From: Gemmatimonadota bacterium
GTDB taxonomy: Bacteria; Gemmatimonadota; Gemmatimonadetes; Gemmatimonadales; GWC2-71-9
NCBI GenBank assembly: GCA_041500125.1
Contig: JBGQLP010000013.1
Span: 516 to 64,515, forward strand
DNA length: 64,000 nucleotides
Reading direction: 5' to 3'
Every line of letters begins with the position of its first letter. The stretch's first letter is position 1. Below are positions 9,326 to 17,200 of the stretch, one piece after another. The translations under genes and the position numbers were made by a program. The notes beneath the pieces were generated by a model. That model was not told the DNA's origin, did no database searches, and was given only the letters and a program-made list of their open reading frames with translations.

Positions 9326-9936
9326 GGGTGCGCCTCGTCATCGGCATCCTCGTCCTTGTTGCAGCCATCACTTACACCGTGGCGCTCGTCATGGTTCTCG
9401 TCGTGAGCCAGCAGGATCAGCGTCGCGCGGTTGATGCCATCGTGGTTCTCGGGGCCGCGCAATACAATGGGCGCCCGTCACCGGTGCTCCGGGCCCGGCT
9501 CGATCATGCCCTGCAGCTATACTCCGAGGGTCTCGCGCCCAGAATCGTGGTCACCGGTGGCGTGGGCCGGGGCGACACAACCAGCGAGGCCATCGTAGGC
9601 CGCCATTATCTCCTGAGCCACAACGTCCCCCCTTCTGCCGTGGTGGTCCAGCCTCAGGGGCGCTCCACCCAGGCCTCGATGACCGCGGTGGCGGAATGGC
9701 TGGAGACCGAGCACCTCAACCGGGTGATTCTGGTGAGCGATCCCTTCCATATGTTCCGGCTTCGCCTGGAGGCTCGCCGCACCGATCTCGAGGCCTACAC
9801 CTCGCCCACCGAGAGCAGTCCGATCTCGGACCACCCAGCTTTGGAGCTGCGCTATCTGGCGACGGAGGCGCTGAAGATACCGGTCGCCTGGGCCAGAGCG
9901 GTCTCCCCTCTCACCTCTCACCCCACCGTGCCATGA
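9322..9936 (+). CDS. YdcF/ElyC-type (DUF218) protein with N-terminal TM helix
   Basis: AIVVLGAAQYNGRPSPVLRARLDHALQLYSEGLAPRIVVTGG...VILVSDPFHMFR. Overlaps the upstream stop by 4 nt. Confidence 0.8.
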   Translation: MRVRLVIGILVLVAAITYTVALVMVLVVSQQDQRRAVDAIVVLGAAQYNGRPSPVLRARLDHALQLYSEGLAPRIVVTGGVGRGDTTSEAIVGRHYLLSHNVPPSAVVVQPQGRSTQASMTAVAEWLETEHLNRVILVSDPFHMFRLRLEARRTDLEAYTSPTESSPISDHPALELRYLATEALKIPVAWARAVSPLTSHPTVP

Positions 9937-10469
9937 CGCTGGTCTCATCGCAGCGGCTGTATGCCGGCCGGATCATCAATCTTGATCTCGATACGGTGCG
10001 TTTCCCCGACGGGTCCACTGGTGAACTAGAGATGGTGCGCCACCCCGGCGCCTCTGCCGTGGTTCCCTTCCTCGACGAGCCCCGCGCCGCTGATCCCAGG
10101 ATCATGCTGATCCGTCAGTTCCGTCATGCCGCCGACAGCTTCATCTGGGAAATCCCAGCCGGGCGGCTCGACCCGGGCGAGACCCCCGCCACCTGCGCCC
10201 ATCGGGAGCTGGAGGAGGAGATCGGGATGACCGCTGACATCCTCGCCCGGCTGACCACGATCTACACTACACCCGGCTTCACCGATGAGCGGATTCATAT
10301 CTTCCTGGCTCACGAGCTGAAGAAAGGCACCCATCGCCGGGAGAAGGACGAGTTCATGGAAGTCGAGACCCGGAAGTGGTCTGACGTGATGAACCTGGTG
10401 CGGGGAGGCCAGATCGTGGACGCCAAGACCCTGGTAGCCCTGATGTTCATTCAGTGCTTCCGGCGCTGA
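9933..10469 (+). CDS. NUDIX hydrolase (ADP-ribose pyrophosphatase-like)
   Basis: Nudix box GRLDPGETPATCAHRELEEEIGM. ATG at 9933 forms an ATGA overlap with the DUF218 stop. The N-terminal part of track ORF 9696..10469 overlaps that gene and is rejected. Confidence 0.85.
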   Translation: MTLVSSQRLYAGRIINLDLDTVRFPDGSTGELEMVRHPGASAVVPFLDEPRAADPRIMLIRQFRHAADSFIWEIPAGRLDPGETPATCAHRELEEEIGMTADILARLTTIYTTPGFTDERIHIFLAHELKKGTHRREKDEFMEVETRKWSDVMNLVRGGQIVDAKTLVALMFIQCFRR

Positions 10470-10526
10470 GCCGGCCTGGAGCCGCACTGCCTTACCTGAC
10501 CTTGCCGGCAGCGATACGTTTCCTTC

Positions 10527-12686
10527 ATGTCCGCACATTCGATGGATTCGCTGTTCCGCTCCCTCAATAAGGGAAGCCTCGCGCCGGTGTACTACTTCCA
10601 CGGGCCCGAGGATGTCCTCAAGGATGAGGCCATGCGAGCCATCCTCGACCGGGCCCTCGATCCCTCCGTGCGGGACTTCAATTTCGACCAGCGCTCCGTC
10701 GGCCAGCTCGATGCGGAGACCATCCATACGCTGTGTAATACCTTGCCCATGCTGGCCGAGCGGCGAGTGGTTCTTCTCCGCGATATCGAAGCCTGGAAGC
10801 GGAAGACGGCAGCGCGCTCGGAGTTCCTCCGCTACCTGGAGCATCCGTCCCCGGAAACCGTGGTCATCCTGGTTCAGGGGTCCGCCGAGGACGGCGAAGA
10901 CAAGGAGCTGGCGAAGGGCGCCTACACTGTACGGTTCGATGCGTTGCCCCCGGAACGCGCCTCCCGGTGGGTGCTGCACCACGCCGGGAAGCTCGGCCTG
11001 GCCCTGGAGCCCGACGCCGTCGAGCATCTGGTCCGCTCCGTGGGGGCCGACCTCGGTCCGCTCGCTTCAGAGCTGGCCAAGCTGGCTTCGCTGCCGGCGG
11101 ACCAGCCGCTCACCGTCGAGCAGGTAGGTGAGCTGGTGGGCGTGCGGTCGGGCGAGACCCAGTGGGACTGGCGCGCCGCAGTCCTGGACGATCAGTCCGC
11201 CCGGGCCGTGACCTTGCTGCCGGCATTGCTGGGTCAACCCGGCGTGTCCGGCGTCAAGCTGGTGAGCCTGCTGGGCACCGCGCTGGTTGGGGTCGGAATT
11301 GCTCGCGGCCTCTACGACAAGGGCATGCGTGGTGGCGCGCTGGACGATGCGGTCCTGAAGACCCTGTTCAAACACCGGCCGGCCGGTCTGCTGGGCTACC
11401 GGGAGGAGGCGTCTCGCTGGACTCGCTGGGCTCCGAAATGGCCTCCCATTCGGCTGCGAGCCGCCCTGCGCGCAGCGCTGGAGACCGATCAGGCGCTGAA
11501 GACCACCACGGTGTCCGACGAACGGGGGTTGCTCACGGAGCTGGTATTGCGCCTGGGGGTGAAGAAGGACGAGGAGAGCGGAAAAGGCGGACGCAGCGGA
11601 ACCAGCGGAAAAATGACCCAGACAGTTTCGACGAAGGCGCGCCAGTTCGCAGGGCACGTGTTGTCAGTTTCTATCGCCGTTTCCGCCCTTTCGGCCTTCT
11701 CCGCCCGCCCCACCTCCGCGCAGACCGACCCTCGCCTCATCGACGTCATCCGCAGCGCTCAGGAGGGTCAGGGGGACTCGGCCCGGGCCAAGGTGCAACG
11801 GCTACTGGCGGCCACATCCCCGGGCGACACGCTGTATCCTCAGATCATCTACACTCAGGCCATGGTCGCCAGCGATGCGGCGGAAATGCGGCGACAGCTC
11901 CAGCGAGTAGCGGTCGAGTACTCCTCCTCCAACTGGGCCGACGATGCGCTGCTTCGACTGGTCCAGCTGGACTACGCCAGCGGGAATCTGGACGGGGCGG
12001 CTCGGAACCTCGAGCGCATCCGGCGCGACTACCCGGGCAGCGCGCTGCTTCCTCAGGCAGCCTACTGGGCCGCGCGGACCTACTTCGATCAAAAGAAACC
12101 CGAGCTGGCCTGCCGCTGGATCGCCGATGGACTGGCCGGGTCGCAGGGCAATGTGGAGCTGCGGAATCAGCTCGGCTATCTGAATCAGCGGTGCAGCTCG
12201 GTTCTGGCTGCGGGCCCCCGTCCCCCGGCCGATTCGCAGAGTCCTGGGGTAAGCGCTGCCGGTCCTGACACGACTAAGCCTTCGCCGGCGCGTACGGATA
12301 CGACCACGCATCCGAGGTCAGTCACCGCCGTACCCGCTCCCACCCCGACTGCCGCCCCGGCACCATCTCCGGGGCCACCCTCTCCTCCTGCTCCCACGGC
12401 GGCCCGGCCGGATACAGCCAGGGCGGACTCCGCTCCACCGGGCAGACGCGCTGGCCGTTCTGCCCCGCGCTTTCGCATCCAGATCACTGCCGTACGCACC
12501 GCGGCGGCGGCACAGTCAATCATTGCCAAGCTCAAGGCGCGTGGGCTTCGTGCGATGACGGTGGAGGAAAATGGACTCTACAAGGTGCGTATCGGTGACT
12601 ATGCGACTAAAGCCGAGGCGCTAGCGGCCGTGCCGGAGATCAAGGGCAAGGTGGGGGGCAGCCCATTCGTGGTCGCGGAGTCATAA
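10527..12686 (+). CDS. holA: DNA polymerase III delta subunit (HolA), in frame with no stop to a signal-peptide/TPR/SPOR-domain protein
   Basis: Residues 1 to about 340 look like HolA (APVYYFHGPEDVLKDEA..., LPMLAERRVVLLRDIEAW...). From ATG 11613 the same frame encodes MTQTVSTKARQFAGHVLSVSIAVSALSAFSARPTSAQ (signal peptide), YbgF/TPR-like helices, a Pro/Ala-rich linker and a C-terminal SPOR-like domain (RFRIQITAVRTAAAAQSIIAKLKARGL...YKVRIGDY). Confidence 0.75.
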   Translation: MSAHSMDSLFRSLNKGSLAPVYYFHGPEDVLKDEAMRAILDRALDPSVRDFNFDQRSVGQLDAETIHTLCNTLPMLAERRVVLLRDIEAWKRKTAARSEFLRYLEHPSPETVVILVQGSAEDGEDKELAKGAYTVRFDALPPERASRWVLHHAGKLGLALEPDAVEHLVRSVGADLGPLASELAKLASLPADQPLTVEQVGELVGVRSGETQWDWRAAVLDDQSARAVTLLPALLGQPGVSGVKLVSLLGTALVGVGIARGLYDKGMRGGALDDAVLKTLFKHRPAGLLGYREEASRWTRWAPKWPPIRLRAALRAALETDQALKTTTVSDERGLLTELVLRLGVKKDEESGKGGRSGTSGKMTQTVSTKARQFAGHVLSVSIAVSALSAFSARPTSAQTDPRLIDVIRSAQEGQGDSARAKVQRLLAATSPGDTLYPQIIYTQAMVASDAAEMRRQLQRVAVEYSSSNWADDALLRLVQLDYASGNLDGAARNLERIRRDYPGSALLPQAAYWAARTYFDQKKPELACRWIADGLAGSQGNVELRNQLGYLNQRCSSVLAAGPRPPADSQSPGVSAAGPDTTKPSPARTDTTTHPRSVTAVPAPTPTAAPAPSPGPPSPPAPTAARPDTARADSAPPGRRAGRSAPRFRIQITAVRTAAAAQSIIAKLKARGLRAMTVEENGLYKVRIGDYATKAEALAAVPEIKGKVGGSPFVVAES
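11577..11711 (+). repeat. 9-bp-periodic inverted repeat element, locus 1
   Basis: Purine array AGCGGAAAA GGCGGACGC AGCGGAACC AGCGGAAAA (11577-11612), then ATG 11613. About 60 nt later comes the pyrimidine array GCCGTTTCC GCCCTTTCG GCCTTCTCC GCCCGCCCC (11676-11711). The arrays are imperfect reverse complements of each other. Confidence 0.55.
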
Positions 12687-13921
12687 AGACCGCCGCGGCC
12701 GGCGGCGCGCTCCTGATCGTTCTGGTCGGCTGCGGCCCGAGGCCGGCGCCCCCTTTCCCCGTCATACCGGAAAATCGGGATCAATGCCTCCTGGCGACGG
12801 ACCCGTCCGGGCAGGCCGAGACGCTCACCGTGGCGCTGAGTGGCCCGGTCGATCTGGCCCATGCGTTGAGTCCCACCAACGACAGCGAACGGCTTCTCTT
12901 TCGGCAATTCGCCCCTACCCTCGTGCGACTCGACTGCTTGGGCAAGGTCCATCCTGGCCTGGCGGAGTCCTGGCAGAGGAGTTCAGATGGGCTGGAGTGG
13001 ACCTTTACCCTGCGCGAAGGAGTCCACTTCACGGGAACACCGCTGACCGCTCTTCAGGTCGTCGGCGCGCTCGTGCTCCCGGACGCGAAGGCATTGGGGA
13101 TAGACTCCGCCGTATACCTCGATGATCGCCGGGTGCGCGTACGCCTCCACAACGTCCGAGATACGCTCCCGAGCCTCTTTGCCGAACCTGCCTTGGCGGT
13201 GACGGGCGGCTTGGCGTCCGAAGGCGGACCCATTAAACGATTTGTCGTTTCAGGCACGGATGGGCGACCCCCCATTGATTTTCAGTTGGTTGAGAACGGG
13301 GACCCCCGTGATGCGATCGATCGCGGCATCGATCTCGCCGTTACCCGTGATCCAGCAATCGCCGAGTATGTCGCCGGACGCCCCGAGCTCGAGACATATC
13401 CCTTGCCGTGGAGCCGGACCTACCTCCTGTTGCAGCCCTCCGGGGCACCACCGCTTACCATTGCGAGCGACTCGGTTCGCAGCTCTCTGGCCCGGGACGC
13501 GGTGCGCGCCGAGGCTCGTCCGGCGGAGCCACCGTTCTGGTGGGACAGCCTGGCCACCTGTCCGGCAGTTCCCGACCACGAGGGACAACCCGTTACCGCA
13601 TCGCGCATCGTTTACCCTCGGGACGATGAGGTGGCCCGTGCGCTCGCGGAGCGGCTCGTCGCCTTAGCGGGAGCCGGTAGCTCACTGAGGGCCGCTGCGC
13701 TCGACCCGGCAGAGCTTGCCGCCGCGCTCCGCGATCAGACCGAGCGCGCCTTCGTGATTGCCGTGCAGCGGGAATCCCTGGCTCCCTGCCACGATGCGTC
13801 GGCATGGCCACCGGGGAGTTCGATTCAGCCCCTGATCGACACCCGTGCCCGCGCAATCGTGCGCCGCGGCTCCTCTCCTCTGACGGTCGATTGGGACGGC
13901 ACCCTCAGAGTGCTGCCATGA
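12665..13921 (+). CDS. Solute-binding-protein family 5 (peptide/nickel type)-like lipoprotein
   Basis: LVRLDCLGKVHPGLAESWQRSSDGLEWTFTLREGVHFTGTPLTA matches the SBP_bac_5 signature region. The first canonical start is GTG 12830 (track ORF 12830..13921). The open frame upstream encodes (I)RGRGVIKTAAAGGALLIVLVGC, a lipoprotein signal with LVGC lipobox, so an ATT (12665) or ATA (12683) start is proposed. Confidence 0.65.
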   Translation: MRGRGVIKTAAAGGALLIVLVGCGPRPAPPFPVIPENRDQCLLATDPSGQAETLTVALSGPVDLAHALSPTNDSERLLFRQFAPTLVRLDCLGKVHPGLAESWQRSSDGLEWTFTLREGVHFTGTPLTALQVVGALVLPDAKALGIDSAVYLDDRRVRVRLHNVRDTLPSLFAEPALAVTGGLASEGGPIKRFVVSGTDGRPPIDFQLVENGDPRDAIDRGIDLAVTRDPAIAEYVAGRPELETYPLPWSRTYLLLQPSGAPPLTIASDSVRSSLARDAVRAEARPAEPPFWWDSLATCPAVPDHEGQPVTASRIVYPRDDEVARALAERLVALAGAGSSLRAAALDPAELAAALRDQTERAFVIAVQRESLAPCHDASAWPPGSSIQPLIDTRARAIVRRGSSPLTVDWDGTLRVLP

Positions 13922-15618
13922 GTTTTCGCACCCGGCTCTTCCTCGCCATCGTCTTCGCCGTCCTCCTGCCGCTCGGAGCCCTGGCCTTCGGCGTCCGCCG
14001 GGAAATGGAGCGGCGTCTCACCGCCGAATACGAGGGCAGAGTGGCATCGATGGCGGCGGTCGTCGAAGCCAACCTGGCCCACGAGAGTGGGATGGTCGCA
14101 GCGCGGCTGGGTGCGCTCGGCAGAGATCTGGCCCGCGACAATCGGTTTCGACTGGCAGCGTTGCAGAATCAGCCTGGCGCGCGCGCCTACCTGCTCGACT
14201 ACGCCGGTGCCGCGATGCGCCTCTCTGGGCTCTCCCTTCTCCAGGTGCAGGACAGCGTCGGACGAATTCTCAGCTCCGGGCACTTCCGCAATGAATTCGA
14301 TCAGCTCCAACCCGAGCTGCCTCGTCTTCTCGCAGCCACGCCCGGCACTATGACGTTGGTGCGGACCCGGACGGCGGAAGCGCCATTGCTGGCGCTTGCG
14401 CGGGTTGATTCGTTTCGGGTGGGAGGCAGGCGATTCACCCTCGTCGGTGGGATCGAAGCCAAGAACCAGCTTCTTGGCCGCCTGGCCCTGGGTCGCGACT
14501 TGGGGATCACGCTGGTCTACCCTGGCGCCGAGCCGGTTGAGTCCTCCGGGGCCCGGGTAGTGCGCGAGCTCCCACTGCCCTATCTGGATCTCCTTCGCGG
14601 ACCGGGTACCGGACTCGATACCGCCCGGTTCGTGGTCACTCAGTCTCTCGCTACCCTGGATGCGCTGCGCCACAGCGTCGACCGTTGGTTCCTGCTGGCG
14701 CTTGGCCTCACTCTCGGGCTCGCGGTGGTCGTCGCGGCCTGGCTCTCCAGCCGAGTCAGCCGCCCCATCCGCGAGCTGGCCCGGAAGACCGAGGCAATTG
14801 ATCTGGACCAGCTGGATCAGAGCTTCGACAGCGATCGAGGCGACGAGATCGGATCCCTCTCCCGCTTGCTCGGTGCCATGACCGACCGTCTCCGGGCCAG
14901 CTCTGCCCGACTGCGGGAAGCGGAGCGACGCGCCGCGGTCGGCGATCTGGCGCGCCAGGTGAATCACGACATCAAGAACGGCCTGGCGCCGATCCGGAAC
15001 GTGTTGCGCCATCTGTCGCAGGTTCTGGGGCAGGACCCCAGCCTTCTCCCCGGTGTGTTCGAGGATCGAAGGAGCACGCTCGAATCGAGTGTCGAATATC
15101 TGGAGACCCTGGCACGGCACTACGCCCGGCTCTCACCCGGGGTGGAGCGCCACCCGTGTGATGTAAATGCCATCGTGAGCCAGGTGCTGCGCAACACCGC
15201 CAGCGACGGCACCGGCTTGCATCTCAACCTCGGTGAACAGCTTCCCGCCGTCCTGGCCGACAGTCTGATGCTCCGCCGCATTCTGGAAAATCTGGTGGGC
15301 AACGCGGTGGACAGTGTCACCGGCAGGGCCGGCGGCCTGGTAACCGTCACCACCGAGCCGACCGGGGACAGCCACCGGGCAACCGGGGTACGAATAACCG
15401 TGGCGGACACCGGTCCCGGAATGACTCGAACGGAGCTGGACCGCGCCTTCGATGACTTCTACACCACAAAGTCGGGCGGCACCGGGCTGGGCCTTTCCAT
15501 CGTCCGCCGGCTCATCCTCGATCTGAACGGCACTCTCCGCGTCGAAACCGAGCCGGGTGCCGGCACCCGGGTGGTATTCGAGCTGCCCATGGCACCCAGG
15601 GGAGATGCCACCGGATGA
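13918..15618 (+). CDS. Sensor histidine kinase (two TM helices, large periplasmic domain, HAMP, HisKA, HATPase_c)
   Basis: MSFRTRLFLAIVFAVLLPLGALAF... (TM1), WFLLALGLTLGLAVVVAAWL (TM2), H-box VNHDIKNGLAPI, N/G boxes ENLVGNAVDS, DTGPGM, GGTGLGLSIV. ATG 13918 forms an ATGA overlap with the SBP stop. Confidence 0.85.
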   Translation: MSFRTRLFLAIVFAVLLPLGALAFGVRREMERRLTAEYEGRVASMAAVVEANLAHESGMVAARLGALGRDLARDNRFRLAALQNQPGARAYLLDYAGAAMRLSGLSLLQVQDSVGRILSSGHFRNEFDQLQPELPRLLAATPGTMTLVRTRTAEAPLLALARVDSFRVGGRRFTLVGGIEAKNQLLGRLALGRDLGITLVYPGAEPVESSGARVVRELPLPYLDLLRGPGTGLDTARFVVTQSLATLDALRHSVDRWFLLALGLTLGLAVVVAAWLSSRVSRPIRELARKTEAIDLDQLDQSFDSDRGDEIGSLSRLLGAMTDRLRASSARLREAERRAAVGDLARQVNHDIKNGLAPIRNVLRHLSQVLGQDPSLLPGVFEDRRSTLESSVEYLETLARHYARLSPGVERHPCDVNAIVSQVLRNTASDGTGLHLNLGEQLPAVLADSLMLRRILENLVGNAVDSVTGRAGGLVTVTTEPTGDSHRATGVRITVADTGPGMTRTELDRAFDDFYTTKSGGTGLGLSIVRRLILDLNGTLRVETEPGAGTRVVFELPMAPRGDATG

Positions 15619-16973
15619 CTCTCGTGCTGGTGGTGGACGATGTGCGGGCTCTCGCCGAGCAGTACGCCTACGACCTGAAACGGGTCGGCGGCTATGACGT
15701 CATCACCGCCGCCGATGGCCGGCAGGCCCTGGATCTTCTGAGGGGAGCCGCGGTGGACTGTATGATCCTCGACTTGGAGATGCCGGGAATGGACGGCTTC
15801 GAGGTGTTGCGCGCGCTGGAGCAGCAGGGGAACGAGGTGCCGGTGCTCGTCTATACCGGAACCGGGAACTACGAGCGTTGCATCCAGGCCATCCGGCTCG
15901 GGGCCTATGGTTTCATCGACAAGGCTGAACCGATGGAGCGGGTGGTCCGGGAGGTGGCAACGGTCCTCGAGCGAAAGCGGCTGCGTTCCGAGGTGGCCGA
16001 CCTCCGGCGGCAGCTCGGGGTGGACAGCTCGCTGGTGGGCGCCAGCGCCGCGTTGCGCCGACTTCAGGAAGCTGTGATTCGAGTGGCGCCGATCAACAGC
16101 CCGGTCCTCATCATGGGCGAGAGTGGGTCAGGCAAGGAGCTCGTCGCCCGCGACCTGCACCGGATGGGCCCCGCACCGGATGGACCGTTCGTCGCCATCA
16201 ACAGCGCGGCACTTCCGGAGAATCTCGTCGAGAGCGAGCTGTTCGGACATGAGCGAGGGGCCTTCACCGGCGCGTCGGCCACCCGCAAAGGCGCCTTCGA
16301 GGCTGCCGAGAGCGGCACTCTCTTCCTCGACGAGATTGGAGATCTGCCGCTCCCGGCCCAGGCCAAGCTGTTGCGGGTGCTGGAGGAGCGCCGGGTCACC
16401 CGGCTCGGCGGAAATCGTTCCATTCCGGTCGAGGCGAGGGTCGTTGCTGCTACCCACCGGAATCTGGAGGCGGAGGTGACAGCGGGACGTTTCCGTCAGG
16501 ATCTCTACTACCGGCTCAACGTTCATGTCCTCCAGGTGCCTCCGTTGCGGGACCGGCTCTCCGATGTGCCGGAGCTGGCCGGGCGCTTCATCACCGCCAT
16601 CTGCCGGCGATTCGGCATCCGGGAGAAGAAGCTCTCGGGTGACGCGCTGGCTGTGCTGATGGGATACGACTGGAGCCGCAACAATGTCCGCGAGCTGTGC
16701 AACGTCATCGAACGGATGATCATCGCCGCCGATGGAGAGGTGCTGCGCCCCGAGCACATCCCTTTGGAAATACAGGAACAGAGCGAGGCGCCAGCACCAT
16801 CGTCCGGCGGCCGCAGCTTTCAGGCCCTCAGGACCGAGGCCGAGCGCCAAATCGTGGCCGCGGCCCTGGAGCGAAACGGCTGGCACATCACCCGCACCGC
16901 CGAGGAGCTGGGGTTGGCCGACCACGCCAGCCTGTTGAAGATCATGCGCCGGCTCGATCTGCGCCGCGAGTAG
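15615..16973 (+). CDS. Sigma54-dependent response regulator (NtrC family: receiver + AAA+ + Fis-type HTH)
   Basis: Receiver (VLVVDD...ILDLEMPGMDG), Walker A GESGSGKE, sigma54-contact motif ERGAFTGA, C-terminal HTH (NGWHITRTAEELGL). Overlaps the HK stop by 4 nt. Confidence 0.9.
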   Translation: MTLVLVVDDVRALAEQYAYDLKRVGGYDVITAADGRQALDLLRGAAVDCMILDLEMPGMDGFEVLRALEQQGNEVPVLVYTGTGNYERCIQAIRLGAYGFIDKAEPMERVVREVATVLERKRLRSEVADLRRQLGVDSSLVGASAALRRLQEAVIRVAPINSPVLIMGESGSGKELVARDLHRMGPAPDGPFVAINSAALPENLVESELFGHERGAFTGASATRKGAFEAAESGTLFLDEIGDLPLPAQAKLLRVLEERRVTRLGGNRSIPVEARVVAATHRNLEAEVTAGRFRQDLYYRLNVHVLQVPPLRDRLSDVPELAGRFITAICRRFGIREKKLSGDALAVLMGYDWSRNNVRELCNVIERMIIAADGEVLRPEHIPLEIQEQSEAPAPSSGGRSFQALRTEAERQIVAAALERNGWHITRTAEELGLADHASLLKIMRRLDLRRE

Positions 16974-16987
16974 GGCTCAGTTCCTAC

Positions 16988-17037
16988 GTGTCCGTCTGGA
17001 CACGGCGAGCCTCGAGCGCTCGTGTCCGCCGGAACAC
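16988..17037 (+). promoter_or_regulatory. Two candidate enhancer (UAS) sites, GTGTCC-N4-GGACAC type
   Basis: GTGTCCGTCTGGACAC (16988-17003, perfect palindrome arms) and GTGTCCGCCGGAACAC (17022-17037, one arm mismatch). Centres are 34 bp apart and about 95-130 bp upstream of the -24 element. Confidence 0.45.
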
Positions 17038-17121
17038 ATCCCACCCGTCGTCCTCCTGTCCCTCTTCAACTAACTCCTTTCGGATCAACTGCTCTCGTGA
17101 GTCTCCGCCGCATGCCGGGGA

Positions 17122-17138
17122 CTGGCAGCCCGCTTGCC
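17122..17138 (+). promoter_or_regulatory. Sigma54 (-24/-12) promoter upstream of the TPR lipoprotein gene
   Basis: cTGGCAGcccgcTTGCc: GG at 17124-17125 and GC at 17136-17137 with exactly 10 nt between them, matching TGGCAC-N5-TTGC. It sits 64 nt upstream of ATG 17201 (RBS GGAGGAG) and directly downstream of the sigma54 activator gene. Confidence 0.6.
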
Positions 17139-17200
17139 CTTGAGATGGCCGTCCGCTGTCCACTCACGGCGCCTGGGCGCCACACCGAAGGAGGAGTACC

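Noticed and set aside
11605-11616. Programmed -1 frameshift at GGAAAAATGA ending holA
   Set aside because: A -1 shift would hit TGA immediately, but G-GAA-AAA is not a canonical X-XXY-YYZ slippery heptamer, and I saw no downstream pseudoknot. An indel or a genuine read-through is the simpler explanation. It is kept only as a note inside the holA finding.
10026-16925. Minus-strand ORFs 10026..11027, 11067..11657, 13825..15120 and 16128..16925, and plus-strand 11162..12268
   Set aside because: All overlap well-supported plus-strand genes (NUDIX, holA, HK, NtrC-type). None has a recognisable domain. These are shadow ORFs of GC-rich coding DNA.
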